From assembly GCA_963840455.1 (NCBI GenBank), contig CAWIYV010000010.1, forward strand, positions 352,001 through 416,000: a stretch of DNA of 64,000 bases. Direction: 5' to 3'. Source of the DNA: Nitrospirota bacterium (GTDB taxonomy: Bacteria; Nitrospirota; UBA9217). The translations under genes and the position numbers were made by a program. The notes under the pieces are model-generated. The model worked only from the letters and a program-made list of their open reading frames with translations. It made no database searches and was not told the DNA's origin. The number at the start of each line of letters is the position of its first letter. Within the stretch, counting starts at the first letter, position 1. Below are positions 17,743 to 27,816 of this stretch, piece by piece.

Positions 17743-17826
17743 GTGAATCCAGGAGCGAGCGATTAGGATGACGAGGCTACCGTGAGGATCGAAGATTCCC
17801 CGCAGCTTGCTGCAGGGAGCTTCAAC
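17743..17826 (+). repeat. Dispersed hairpin repeat, copy D (first hairpin deleted)
   Basis: GTGAATCCAGGAGCGAGC|GATTAGGATGA...GAGGATCGAAGATTCCCCGCAGCTTGCTGCAGGGAGCTTCAAC; the deletion lies between the two AGCGAGCG direct repeats of the full-length form. Confidence 0.9.
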
Positions 17827-17870
17827 CGCTGACACGGTCCTGCACCGACGGGCGCACGGGCATCAACAAT

Positions 17871-17895
17871 AAAAAGAGGGGAACATGTCCCCTCT
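17871..17895 (-). terminator. Intrinsic terminator after the RomR-like gene
   Basis: Minus strand AGAGGGGA-CATGT-TCCCCTCT-TTTT. Confidence 0.7.
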
Positions 17896-17933
17896 CTCTG
17901 TTCCGGTCCGCAATGGGAAGCCGCGGCCTGCGA

Positions 17934-19322
17934 TTACTTTTTTTCCGCCTTGAGCCGCTCGATCTCTTCCCGGATCAGGCGCTCTGCCAGATCGGGAATG
18001 ACCTCCCAGGCGACCCGCTCCAGGATCTCCCGCATGACTTTCTCGATCGACTCCTTGGCAACGTCCGTGAGCATCTCGTCGGACACCCCGGGGAACCGGG
18101 ACGGAGCCATGGCCGGTCGCTCTGCTGCAGCCGGAGGCGCGGCAGGCGTGACTGCGGCAGGTGGTACGAACGTGTAGTCCTCGTGGGAGGCCCTTGATGC
18201 CATGTCAAGGGACTCAAAGCTCACAATGTCAGGATGCATGTCTGACGCGCGTGACGTGCCCCCGCCAAGCCCAAGACCTTCACGCATCTCGTCCATTGCC
18301 CGTTGGCCCAGCGGGAGGGCATCTTCCGCGTCGGCGGGCAGCGGCTCGTTGAAGTCGAACGATGGGGGCGCGGCTGGCTCGGGTCCGGGTGCATCGGTTT
18401 CGAAAGCTGGTTCGAACGACTGCACCGCAGGTGCTTCGGCAAACGTCGGCTCTTTTCCGAACAGCTGGTCGGTATCAAAGGACTCGGGCGTTGGCAGAGG
18501 GGCCGGAGCACGTTCCGGTTCGGCCATTTCTTCCGTCGTCAGACCCGCCCATTCCTCCTTCGTTTTCGGAGCTGCCGATAGACCCGATGGCTGGGACGTC
18601 GCCGGCTTTTCCGGCTCAGGTTCGACTTCGTATTCAGGCTCGACCTCGAACATCTCCTCATCAGGCTCAGCAGTCGTCGCAGTAGTCCCGGGCCTGGGAG
18701 AAGATGGCGGAGCGAACACTTCCTTAACTTCCGCCTTGGGAGGTGCTTCTTCGATGATGTCGAATATGTCCTTCGGTACGGCTTCCCGCGGCTTGGAGGG
18801 CGGAGCAGGCGCAAGCTCCGCGGCCGGCCTGGGTGGGGACGGCGGTGCCATGGCCGGTTTCGGCGGTGGAGCAGGCTCTGCTGCCGGTTTGGGGGTTGGA
18901 GTCGGTGCCGCAGCAGGTTTCGGCGGCGGTACAGGCCTTTCGGCAGGTGCCGGCGCCGCAGAAAGGGCTTTTTTTACTTTCCCGATGAGGTCCTGGGATT
19001 CGAAGGGTTTCGCGATATTGTCCACAATACCCGCAAGTTTTCCCTTCATGGCATCATAGACATCGTCCCGGGACAGCATCAGGATGACGGGGATCTTCGC
19101 CAGCGCCGCTGTCTCTCTCAGACGGCCCGCAAAACTGTATCCGTCCATGCGCGGAAGGTCCACATCGGCCAGCACCACGTCGGGCACGATGCGCGATGCT
19201 TCACCGAAGGCGGAGTCGCCGTCGCTGACGCATGTAACTTCATACTCTTTTCCCGAGAACAGCATCTCCACGACCTTCTGGATAGTGATGCTCTTGTCGG
19301 CAAGCAGGATTTTAATAGGCAT
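17934..19322 (-). CDS. RomR-like response regulator (REC domain, Pro/Glu-rich linker, conserved C-terminal helix)
   Basis: N-terminal REC (ILLADKSITIQKVV...LADV..P.MDGY...KPFES), long Pro/Glu/Ala-rich region, C-terminal REILERVAWEVIPDLAERLIREEIERL; adjacent to valS, as is Myxococcus romR. Confidence 0.8.
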   Translation of the reverse strand: MPIKILLADKSITIQKVVEMLFSGKEYEVTCVSDGDSAFGEASRIVPDVVLADVDLPRMDGYSFAGRLRETAALAKIPVILMLSRDDVYDAMKGKLAGIVDNIAKPFESQDLIGKVKKALSAAPAPAERPVPPPKPAAAPTPTPKPAAEPAPPPKPAMAPPSPPRPAAELAPAPPSKPREAVPKDIFDIIEEAPPKAEVKEVFAPPSSPRPGTTATTAEPDEEMFEVEPEYEVEPEPEKPATSQPSGLSAAPKTKEEWAGLTTEEMAEPERAPAPLPTPESFDTDQLFGKEPTFAEAPAVQSFEPAFETDAPGPEPAAPPSFDFNEPLPADAEDALPLGQRAMDEMREGLGLGGGTSRASDMHPDIVSFESLDMASRASHEDYTFVPPAAVTPAAPPAAAERPAMAPSRFPGVSDEMLTDVAKESIEKVMREILERVAWEVIPDLAERLIREEIERLKAEKK

Positions 19323-19761
19323 GGAAAAACCTTTCAAAGTTCAGCAGAATGATTTCCTGATCGTCGTCCATTCGGACCCCTTTGACCAGCTTGGGATTGA
19401 TCCCATTGATTTCGGCCGGCAGGTCCGTTGGGTCCTCCAGCCGCGCCATCTTCACAACGTTGTCCACCGTAATGCCATACGGTCTGTCGCCTTCCTGGAG
19501 AAGGATGATGCTCTGGCCCTTCGGCTGCTCATCGCCCGAAGCTGCAGTGAAGCCGATAGGTCCGGGGCGGGAAACATCCAGGAGTTGCGCCAGATGGAAC
19601 ACCGGGTAGACGGTGCCCCGATACTCCATGACACCCTCGATGTAGGAATAAGCGAGCGGCACCGGACGTGAACGCCGCCATCCCAGGATCTCGATGGCCC
19701 CCTGCAATTTGACGCCGAAGAGCCGCTCCGCGATCCGGAACAACAGATAGTTGCTCGTCAT
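19312..19761 (-). CDS. CheW-like protein
   Basis: YLLFRIAERLFGV...VPLAYSYIEGVMEYRGTVYPV...YGITVDNV. Confidence 0.85.
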   Translation of the reverse strand: MTSNYLLFRIAERLFGVKLQGAIEILGWRRSRPVPLAYSYIEGVMEYRGTVYPVFHLAQLLDVSRPGPIGFTAASGDEQPKGQSIILLQEGDRPYGITVDNVVKMARLEDPTDLPAEINGINPKLVKGVRMDDDQEIILLNFERFFHAY

Positions 19762-20168
19762 GGCAGCAACCCGTCCTCGTTCAGGAGGAGCACCAGGTCT
19801 TCCCGGTTCCGCAGGATACCGGCGTAGTAGTTCAGGCTGGGGTTTAGAACGCCTCGCGGCATCGGGACCGGCTTTTGCGTTGTTTCCAAAAGCTCCTTGG
19901 CCGCGTCGACCAGAAGGCCCAGTACGCCTTTGCTGCTCTTCACGACAATGAGGCCGCCGCCGGGATTGCCTGGCAACTTCAGGATCTTTTTGAGGTTCAC
20001 CACGGGGATCAACTTTCCGCGGTAATCGAACTTGCCCTCAAAAATCTCTGACAACTTCTGGTCCTTCTGAATATTACGCGGCACCGTGATCTCCAGGAGG
20101 CTCGTGATCGGGATCGCAAAGCTCTCGCCCTGGAGCAATAATATCAGGAATCGGGTCTTCTCTTCCAT
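19758..20168 (-). CDS. CheW-like protein
   Basis: FAIPITSLLEI...GKFDYRGKLIPVVNL...LGLLVD...LVLLLN. Confidence 0.85.
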   Translation of the reverse strand: MEEKTRFLILLLQGESFAIPITSLLEITVPRNIQKDQKLSEIFEGKFDYRGKLIPVVNLKKILKLPGNPGGGLIVVKSSKGVLGLLVDAAKELLETTQKPVPMPRGVLNPSLNYYAGILRNREDLVLLLNEDGLLP

Positions 20169-20183
20169 ACGGGTGCCGGTTGG

Positions 20184-22910
20184 CTATGCTCGCGCCGCCA
20201 GCGTAACGCCGGCGAGAAGCCGCTTCAATGCCTCGATCATTTCCTGCTCTTCGAAGGGCTTGACGAGGTAGTCCTGGGCTCCCATGTCGATTGCTTTTTG
20301 CCGATGTTTCTCTCCGGCCCGTGAGGTCAGCACGATGATCGGGACGCTTGCGAAAACCGGATTTCTCTTCATCTCGGCAATGAGGTCGTAGCCGTGCATG
20401 ACGGGCATCTCGAGGTCGGTGATCACCGCATCGTACTTCTGCTTTGCCAGCGCTTCGAGTGCGTTCATGCCGTCGGTCGCCGTCTCGACTTCGTAGCCGC
20501 TCCGATCAAGGAAGCGCTGCACGTATTTTCGGATGCTGATGGAGTCGTCGACCACCAGGACCCGCGGTTTGCGTAACTGCGCCTCGGCGGCGGATGCCTC
20601 TCTGCCGCCCACATAGCTTGTCTTGGTGCTGATGGTCTCTTCACCAAAGAGGTGGGCCACGTTCAGGATCAGTCGGACGTCACCTTCTCCGGAGATGGTG
20701 GCGCCGGAGAACATGCGAACGTTCTTCAGGTAATCACCGAGGGACTTCACCACGATCTCTTCACGCCCTATGATATCCTCGACCATAAGGGCCAGCCGCT
20801 TGTCTGCGAGCACCAGGATCAGCGTGGGGTAGCGGAAGTCCTCCTCCCGCTTCGGAAGCTTGCCGACCGTCAGCAGGGTGTTCAGCCGCATGAGCCGAAG
20901 GAGGGATCCACGGAGATTGATCATCTCCTCGCCCGCCGCATGCTGGATGTCCTTGTCAGAGAACCTCGTGGTTTCCTCCACCAGGTTCATGGGTATGGCC
21001 ACTTCCTGGTCCTTCACCTTTACGATCAGCGCCTGAGCAATAGCAAGGGTGAGCGGAAGCCTGATGATGAACCGGGTGCCAACGCCTTTTTCCGTCTTGA
21101 TCTCGATCCGGCCATTGATCTTGCCGAGCTGGGTCGTCACGACGTCCATCCCCACACCCCGGCCGGACACCTTGCCGACCGCGGCCGCCGTTGAGAATCC
21201 CGGACGGAAGATAAGGTTCAAGGCATCGCCGTCGGTCATTGCCTTCGCTTCTCCCGGCGTGAGAAAACCCTTTTCCACGGCCGCGCGGCGCAGCTGCTCC
21301 GGGTCCATACCGCGGCCGTCATCCTCGATCTGAAGCACGATGCTGCTACCGTCGTGCCGCGCCGAGAGGATGAGTGCGCCGCCCGGCTCTTTGCCGAGCC
21401 GCGTGCGCTCCTCGGGCCCCTCAATACCGTGGGAAATGGCGTTCCGGACCATATGCATGATCGGATCGGAGATGATCTCAAAGATCGTCTTGTCGATCTT
21501 GGTGTCCCCGCCCGTTACGACCATGTTGATCTTCTTGTTCTCGGCCTGGGCAAGGTCCCGCACCGGACGCTGGAACAGCTGAAAGAGCCGGTCCATTTCG
21601 ACCATGCGCGCCTGCGTGATCTCGTCCTGAAGGTTGGATGTGATGGTGGAGATGCGGCTCGTGTCCAGCTCGAAGGAATCGAAGAAACCGGAGAACTCTA
21701 TCATGATCTCGTTGGTGTCGTTCGTGATCTCCGCCAGCTTGCGGGAGAGGAGGTTGAAGTCATCGTACCGGTCGAATTCCAGCTCGAAGAAGTCCCCTGA
21801 CTGGCCGGCGGGACGCTGCTCGGGCCCGGACAGGGCCGGAGCCTGGAAATTCATCGTGTATTCGTACTTCTCCTCGAATTTTCGTATCTCGTGGAGAAGG
21901 CGATTCTGGCTGAAGGCGAGCTCGTCGCGGAGGTTCTTGATCAGGTCCACCTGCCGGGTGAGCTTGTTGCGGTTCACCACCATCTCGCCGACGAGGTTCA
22001 TGAGATTGTCAAGCCGTTCGATATTGACCCGTATGAACTGTTTCTCGACCTCGACGGCATCTGCGGCGCGCCTGCCGAATCCGCGCTTCTCAACGACGCC
22101 CGCTTTCTTGGCATCCTCGAGCTCCTGCCGGAGTGATGCTTCTGCAGCGGCGGCCGCAACCGTGGACGGCTGTGTGGTTGTTGCTGCGGGAGGGGTCGGG
22201 ACAGCCGGTTTAGTCGCCGAAGGAGGCGGTGCCATGACCGGCGCCGCAGGTCTCGGAGGGACAGGTGCTGCCGGTCGCGGCGGCACGGGGGCTGCTTGTT
22301 TCGGTATTGAAGGTTTGGGGGGGGGTGCCTGCCCCGGGGCTTCGCCGGTCTCCTCTGCGAAAGCATTTTCCCAGGCAAGGTCCAGCTCTTCCTTGGACGG
22401 CAGTGTCGCTGGTTTTTCCGATGCCTTGATCACTGGCAGAGCTGCCTGCGGCGGTGGCGGCGGCGGTGACGCAGCGGCGACCTTCTCTGCCGGCACTGCT
22501 GCGGCCCCACCGCGGAACGTGTCGACAATGGACTTAAAGGACTGGGAGATGTTCTCGATAATAAGAGGATCTTCAGGTTTCTTTGACGCGATGCCGTCCA
22601 CCATGAGCTTCACAGCATCGACGCAGTCAAAAAGGAAGTTCAGGGTATCGCGGCTGATCGGAATGGACCCCGAGCGGAACAGGCCGAGCATATCCTCGGC
22701 CTTGTGACCGACGTCGCTGATCCCCTGGAAGCCCATCATCGCGGCAGAGCCCTTGAGCGTATGGGCCGCCCGGAAGAGCTCATCGATCACAGCCCGATCG
22801 TCAGGTGTCTTTTCCAGGGCGAGCAGACCCGAGTTGAGGTTCTGGATATGCTCGCCAGCCTCGACCAGGAAGAACTCTATAATACCGGATTTATCAAAAG
22901 AGCCTGCCAT
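20184..22910 (-). CDS. cheA: CheA/ChpA-like hybrid kinase (Hpt, Pro linker, dimerisation, HATPase, CheW, REC)
   Basis: FRAAHTLKGSA, IRVNIERLDNLMNLVGE, ChpA-type ELEFDRYD, HMVRNAISHGIE, DDGRG, PGFSTA, SGRGVGMDVV, C-terminal receiver domain. Confidence 0.93.
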   Translation of the reverse strand: MAGSFDKSGIIEFFLVEAGEHIQNLNSGLLALEKTPDDRAVIDELFRAAHTLKGSAAMMGFQGISDVGHKAEDMLGLFRSGSIPISRDTLNFLFDCVDAVKLMVDGIASKKPEDPLIIENISQSFKSIVDTFRGGAAAVPAEKVAAASPPPPPPQAALPVIKASEKPATLPSKEELDLAWENAFAEETGEAPGQAPPPKPSIPKQAAPVPPRPAAPVPPRPAAPVMAPPPSATKPAVPTPPAATTTQPSTVAAAAAEASLRQELEDAKKAGVVEKRGFGRRAADAVEVEKQFIRVNIERLDNLMNLVGEMVVNRNKLTRQVDLIKNLRDELAFSQNRLLHEIRKFEEKYEYTMNFQAPALSGPEQRPAGQSGDFFELEFDRYDDFNLLSRKLAEITNDTNEIMIEFSGFFDSFELDTSRISTITSNLQDEITQARMVEMDRLFQLFQRPVRDLAQAENKKINMVVTGGDTKIDKTIFEIISDPIMHMVRNAISHGIEGPEERTRLGKEPGGALILSARHDGSSIVLQIEDDGRGMDPEQLRRAAVEKGFLTPGEAKAMTDGDALNLIFRPGFSTAAAVGKVSGRGVGMDVVTTQLGKINGRIEIKTEKGVGTRFIIRLPLTLAIAQALIVKVKDQEVAIPMNLVEETTRFSDKDIQHAAGEEMINLRGSLLRLMRLNTLLTVGKLPKREEDFRYPTLILVLADKRLALMVEDIIGREEIVVKSLGDYLKNVRMFSGATISGEGDVRLILNVAHLFGEETISTKTSYVGGREASAAEAQLRKPRVLVVDDSISIRKYVQRFLDRSGYEVETATDGMNALEALAKQKYDAVITDLEMPVMHGYDLIAEMKRNPVFASVPIIVLTSRAGEKHRQKAIDMGAQDYLVKPFEEQEMIEALKRLLAGVTLAARA

Positions 22911-22915
22911 AGAGC

Positions 22916-24790
22916 CTATTCAACGAACCCCAGCTTGATCTCCTCGTCGCTCGTGGTGACGTCCTCGGCAAGCTGCGGATAGCTGCCTTCGAGGACAGGA
23001 AGCTCGACTTCCCCGGCGGGTGCGGCCTGTTCCTTGCCCAGCTTGAACCGGCCGATCGCGTCGGTGAGACGCTTCGAAAGTTCCGCCAGTCTGCCGATGG
23101 TCTCCACGGTGTCCTGCACGCCCTTCGTGGTGTCCTGGGTCAATTTGGAGATGCTGTCCATGGAGGTCACGACGCTTTCGGAGACCTTCACCTGGTTCGC
23201 AGCGGAATTGGTAATGTCCGTCACGAGTCCGGAGGTCTGTTTAACGATCTGTTCGATCTCGCGAAGTGCAGCGCCGGCCTGGTCGGCAAGCTTGGTACCT
23301 TCCTCCACCTCACGGGTGCCCTCTTCCATGACCGTCACGGCCTCGCTGGTCTCCACCTGGATGCCCTTGATGAGGCTGGTGATGTCCTTGGTCGCGCGCG
23401 CCGCCCGTTCTGCCAGCTTCCGGACTTCGTCGGCAACGACGGCGAAGCCTTTTCCCTGTTCTCCGGCGCGGGCTGCCTCGATCGCAGCGTTCAGCGCCAG
23501 CAGGTTCGTCTGGGTCGCGATCTCGTTGATCACCTCGATGATGGCTCCGATCTCGAGGGAGCGTTCGCCAAGGCCCTTGATCTTCTTCCCGGTCGTCTGA
23601 ACCGCGGCCCGGATCCTCTGCATACCCTTGATCGTTTCCGCCACGGAAGAGCCGCCCTTCACGGCGGCCTGCGTGGCCTTCAATGAGGCCTGGGTAGCGG
23701 CCTCGGCGTTCTCCGCCATGCGCTGGATCGTGTGGGACATCTCGTTCACCGCACCCGACGCGCCCTGGATCTGGGCCGTCTGCTGCTCGGCACCCCTGCG
23801 CATGCGTTCGGAGGCCTGCAGGATGTCGCCGGTCGAGCTCTGAATCTCATGGGCAACGCTACTCGCCTGGGAGACCAGTGCAGTAAGACCGTTGATCATC
23901 AGGTTGAATGCGTCTGCCACGGAGCCCAGCGCGTCGGCGGTCACTTCGGCCTTGACCGTCAGATCGCCTTCGGCGGCGCCGCTCACGATGGAGAGGAGGT
24001 CCATGACCTGGTGCTGCATCTTATCCCGGTCGGCTTCGGTCTGGACCAGGCCCTGGAGACGGTCGATGGTGTTATTGAGCGTAGTACCCAGCTGACCAAG
24101 TTCGTCAGCGGATTTTACGTTCGCCTTCTTCGAAAGATCGCCGCTCCCGAGGGCTTCGGCGACCCTCATAAGGTCTCTCACCGGCGCGATGATGATGGTG
24201 GCCAAAATGACGGTAATGATTGACAAAGCTAGAAGGGAACCGGCGCCGACATAGATGATCTTCAGCAGGATGTTCCGGATGTTCATCTTGATCTGGGTGA
24301 TGTTCAAGCCGATGTGGATGGAGCCAAGAGCGCCGCCGCCCACCGGCGAGGCGATGTCGGTCACCTCGATGATCGTGTCCTTGAGCACGAGGTTGGTGCT
24401 CTCCGTCCCGAAGGGCACGTTAGGCTGGAGCTGGTTGATGTTCTGGAGCTCCGGCGGGACCACGTTACCTTCGAAGGACGAGGAGAGGACCCTCCCCCGG
24501 CCGTCGCGGATGAAGGCATAGGCCACGTCAGCCTGCCCGATCGCCTCGCCCAGGATGAACTGAAGGGCGTTCAGATCTTCGACCTGGACCGGCTCCGCGG
24601 CCTTGACGCTCAGTCCGTCCGCCAGGATCAGGGCCTTGTTCAGGGCCTCGTCCCGGAGGGTGTTCTGGAGCTGATAGTAGACGAAACCGAGGATGCCCGA
24701 TCCGAACACGGCGGACATACCGACGATCATGATCACGACCTTGGTCCTGATGCTGATGCGGCGGAGCAGGAGAGTATCAACGATCTTCAT
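22916..24790 (-). CDS. Methyl-accepting chemotaxis protein, PilJ-like
   Basis: Two TM helices around a periplasmic domain, HAMP (DELGQL), LGSVADAFN, signalling tip [38 protein letters not shown]. Confidence 0.95.
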   Translation of the reverse strand: MKIVDTLLLRRISIRTKVVIMIVGMSAVFGSGILGFVYYQLQNTLRDEALNKALILADGLSVKAAEPVQVEDLNALQFILGEAIGQADVAYAFIRDGRGRVLSSSFEGNVVPPELQNINQLQPNVPFGTESTNLVLKDTIIEVTDIASPVGGGALGSIHIGLNITQIKMNIRNILLKIIYVGAGSLLALSIITVILATIIIAPVRDLMRVAEALGSGDLSKKANVKSADELGQLGTTLNNTIDRLQGLVQTEADRDKMQHQVMDLLSIVSGAAEGDLTVKAEVTADALGSVADAFNLMINGLTALVSQASSVAHEIQSSTGDILQASERMRRGAEQQTAQIQGASGAVNEMSHTIQRMAENAEAATQASLKATQAAVKGGSSVAETIKGMQRIRAAVQTTGKKIKGLGERSLEIGAIIEVINEIATQTNLLALNAAIEAARAGEQGKGFAVVADEVRKLAERAARATKDITSLIKGIQVETSEAVTVMEEGTREVEEGTKLADQAGAALREIEQIVKQTSGLVTDITNSAANQVKVSESVVTSMDSISKLTQDTTKGVQDTVETIGRLAELSKRLTDAIGRFKLGKEQAAPAGEVELPVLEGSYPQLAEDVTTSDEEIKLGFVE

Positions 24791-24854
24791 GGACGAACTC
24801 CTTTGTGCAGGTAATAGCGTCGCGCAGCCGCACGGGGCCGGGCGGTATGATACG

Positions 24855-25355
24855 TTAGGACAGCCTGATGGCCTCCAGCAGGCGGTCGATGTTCAGCAAG
24901 GCGGCAACGCCGCTCTGGCGCTGGATAATCGCCTTCAGATACCGGCTGCGGTTCTTGGCGCCCGACTCCTGGAAGGCCACGTCGGCGGGTAACGGCATAA
25001 CGCTGCTCAATGGCACCGAGATCACCTCGGCGACGGTATCCACGAGGATTCCGAGGGTCATCTGGTTATACCGGATGATGGCGATCTGGTTGGCGCCGGC
25101 GGAGACGGGTAAGGACAATGCGGGGCGGATGTCGACTATGGGGACGATATTGCCCCGAAGATTAATGACGCCGATGACATGGGAAGGGGTGGTCGGTACG
25201 GAAAAGATCTTCTGGGGGATGATGATCTCGGCCAGGATATCAACCGTCACGGCATAGGTGTCCCCGCTGATGCTGAAGAGACATATTCGCACTTCCTCTT
25301 CAGCGATCGCATGCTGAACCACCTCTGCGGTGACATCAGTACCTATATCGGCCAA
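24855..25355 (-). CDS. cheW: CheW/PilI-like protein
   Basis: [31 protein letters not shown]; TTG start after a GGAGG RBS. Confidence 0.9.
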   Translation of the reverse strand: MADIGTDVTAEVVQHAIAEEEVRICLFSISGDTYAVTVDILAEIIIPQKIFSVPTTPSHVIGVINLRGNIVPIVDIRPALSLPVSAGANQIAIIRYNQMTLGILVDTVAEVISVPLSSVMPLPADVAFQESGAKNRSRYLKAIIQRQSGVAALLNIDRLLEAIRLS

Positions 25356-25380
25356 TCAGGCCCCCCCTCCGGAATCCTGG

Positions 25381-25740
25381 CTAGATATACTTCTTCACGG
25401 TCTTGAGCAGATCTTCCGGCTTGAACGGCTTGGTGAGATACTCGTCGGCACCCTGTTTCATGCCCCAGAACTTGTCGCTCTCCTGGTCTTTCGAGGTCAC
25501 CATGATGACCGGTATGTTCTTGGTCTGATCGTAGGTCTTGATCTCGCGGCAAACCTGGAATCCGTTCTTCTTCGGCATGATCACATCGAGGATTATAAGA
25601 TCGAACTTCTCGGACTTCGCCTTTGCTTCGGCCGCCTCGCCATCCATCACGGTCACGATGGAATGTCCCGTCGACTGCAAGGTCTGCTGGATGATCTGCA
25701 GTTCCGCCAGGCTGTCATCTGCTACGAGTATCTTGGCCAT
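25381..25740 (-). CDS. PilH-like single-domain response regulator
   Basis: LDVIMPKKNGFQVCR, VTSKDQESDKFWGMKQGADEYLTKPF (PilH-type D..WG..QGA motif). Confidence 0.88.
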   Translation of the reverse strand: MAKILVADDSLAELQIIQQTLQSTGHSIVTVMDGEAAEAKAKSEKFDLIILDVIMPKKNGFQVCREIKTYDQTKNIPVIMVTSKDQESDKFWGMKQGADEYLTKPFKPEDLLKTVKKYI

Positions 25741-25844
25741 TTGCCTCTCCTTTTTGTGTCACGCAATGATGAACAAGGTAACACATTTTGTTGGTATTGT
25801 CAAGTTTTCTTTCGTTTTATCACGCAGTTGCGGACGCCCCGGAC

Positions 25845-27155
25845 CTACTTCTTTTTTCTGATCAGGTTCACCGAAAGAAGGATGAACAGACTCTTGGCCA
25901 CATCAAAGTCCGAAAGGAACGCCTGGTCAACGATATCCTGGACCGAGCGCCTGCCGTCCACCATGGCGAAGACCTTGAGGTCCATATTGCTCAGACCCCG
26001 TCGGGTAAGTTCTTCAGCATTGCCGATAAGTGGCTCGAAAACCATCGAAAAATTAGGTATTTTCTGTTGGATCAACACCCACTCATCGGACCGTCTTGTC
26101 CCTTCCAGGATCAGATCATCCACCTTGAGCGCCACGGGATTAGCAAAGACCGGGGGCTGGGCCTGGTCGAACAGGAACTCGCCATCCCTCCATCCCAGAG
26201 CCTTGAACACTATCGTCTCTGTGTGGCGCCGGAGGCAGGCACCGAAGGTCTTCTGGTCCAGAAGCTTTTCCTGTGCCAGCACTCCGTCGATGGGTTGCCC
26301 GGTCATCTCCGCGATACGGCTCGCATGCTGAAGCCCGTCATCCCCGACACGGCAGGTCTTCTTCAGCAGCCCGTCCATGCCGGGTACGCTTCCGTTCATG
26401 CTGCAGCTGGCGAAGGCGATCGCACCATCCTTGAAAAAGATCTCTGCCTCGCCTTCCTGACGGTTGATGACCAGCCTTCCGCTCTGGCGCTGGAGAGCCA
26501 GCATCTGCATGAGTTCGACGATGCGGAAAGCAGCGAGGCTGCCATGAATGGAGACATCGCCGCCGCTCGGCCCTTTGCCCAGCTCTTTCCGGATGATATC
26601 AGGAAGCGTGTTCCTCACGAATTCTCCGAGGATGCGATTCACGACAGCGGTGATCTGGACCTCGATACCCTCTGAGACGGGAAATGCCCCCGTCCCGCCG
26701 CGGGCCGGGGCTAAAGACGGGGCGGGACGGGCCTTCGCAGCAGCTGCTGCGGATGCGGCCTTTGCCGCTGCTGCGTCCTGGGCCTTTTTGTCCAGCACCT
26801 CGCGAATCTTCGCGAGGAGCTCTTCCGGCTGGAAGGGCTTGGTGAAATATTCGGAGATACCGAGGACGTCGACGAACTTGCTGCCGACCTTGTCGCCTTT
26901 GGAGGTCACCAGGATGATGGGCGTATCACGGAACTCCGGGTCCTCCTTCAGGATCTTGCACACTTGGTACCCATTCATCTTAGGCATCACAAAATCCACC
27001 AGGATCAGCGCGGGCCGTTCCGACTTCGCTTTTTGGATGCCCTCTTCACCGTCCGATGCCAGAACGACCTGATACCCCTGCGAAGAAAGGATCATCTCGA
27101 TCAGCCGCTGCACGGTCGGACTATCGTCTATGTTGAGGATCTTCTCGCCTGCCAT
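25845..27155 (-). CDS. PilG/PatA-like response regulator with C-terminal DUF4388-type domain
   Basis: REC (IDDSPTVQ...VDFVMPKMNGY...KPF), then GSLAAFRIVELMQML...SGRL...IFFKDGAI...WRDGEFLF...LILEGTRRSDEW and a wHTH-like tail; start set at MAGEK. Confidence 0.82.
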   Translation of the reverse strand: MAGEKILNIDDSPTVQRLIEMILSSQGYQVVLASDGEEGIQKAKSERPALILVDFVMPKMNGYQVCKILKEDPEFRDTPIILVTSKGDKVGSKFVDVLGISEYFTKPFQPEELLAKIREVLDKKAQDAAAAKAASAAAAAKARPAPSLAPARGGTGAFPVSEGIEVQITAVVNRILGEFVRNTLPDIIRKELGKGPSGGDVSIHGSLAAFRIVELMQMLALQRQSGRLVINRQEGEAEIFFKDGAIAFASCSMNGSVPGMDGLLKKTCRVGDDGLQHASRIAEMTGQPIDGVLAQEKLLDQKTFGACLRRHTETIVFKALGWRDGEFLFDQAQPPVFANPVALKVDDLILEGTRRSDEWVLIQQKIPNFSMVFEPLIGNAEELTRRGLSNMDLKVFAMVDGRRSVQDIVDQAFLSDFDVAKSLFILLSVNLIRKKK

Positions 27156-27281
27156 GGTATACCCCGGGGCGCAACGCATCGATAATAGCACGGCAGAAAA
27201 GGAAATGTCAATGATTTAACTAGAAAATTCAGCGGGTTCCTTGGTGGATATTACTGCGAAAGGTGCGGGGAAGGGGTCGCA

Positions 27282-27773
27282 TCAGAACCGAATGTCATCG
27301 ATCTGCCGGGTGAGTCTTTTGACCAGGACAACGCCCGTCTCGGTGTTGAAAATGAGCTTGCGCCCGACCTTGCCGCCCGTATCTGCGCTCAGGACGGGTA
27401 TGTTCTCGATCCGGAGCGTGTCCTCAGCGAGCTGGATGTTGCGTTCACCGATGTTCATGAAGGGATTCGTTACGTTCAGGACGATGCCGCCGCCAAAGAC
27501 CTTGGCCCGGAGATTGCGCCGGTCGGACCCGAACTCAAGCATCTTCTCGATCAGCTTCGCAATGGCGATATTCCCGTACTTTGGAGACGCCAGTCCTTCA
27601 CCGTTCCAGAAGGGAAGCATGTAGTGGTTGATCCCGCCCCGGTTCCGGACGCAGTCCCAGAGGCAGACCGATACGCAGGAGCCAAGCACGGTCGTGACCA
27701 TATGCCGCTCTTCATGGGCAAAGAGGCTGCCGGCAACAAGGTAATGCGCGTTTTCACCCTGCTCAGGTATCAT
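27282..27773 (-). CDS. cheD: Chemoreceptor glutamine deamidase CheD
   Basis: TTVLGSCVSVCLWD, GGINHYMLP, KYGN.A, AKVFGG, IGERN, DTGGKVGRK. Confidence 0.92.
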   Translation of the reverse strand: MIPEQGENAHYLVAGSLFAHEERHMVTTVLGSCVSVCLWDCVRNRGGINHYMLPFWNGEGLASPKYGNIAIAKLIEKMLEFGSDRRNLRAKVFGGGIVLNVTNPFMNIGERNIQLAEDTLRIENIPVLSADTGGKVGRKLIFNTETGVVLVKRLTRQIDDIRF

Positions 27774-27816
27774 TGCGAACATCCGTGCCAGGAGGCCTGA
27801 TGAAGGCACCCGCCGC

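Noticed and set aside
17655-17930. T-box riboswitch upstream of valS
   Set aside because: No GGTGGNACC T-box motif or specifier stem on the minus strand.
18400-22500. Pro/Ala-rich repeats (PPPKPAA, APVPPRPA) as DNA repeat elements
   Set aside because: They are low-complexity protein linkers within the RomR-like and CheA genes.
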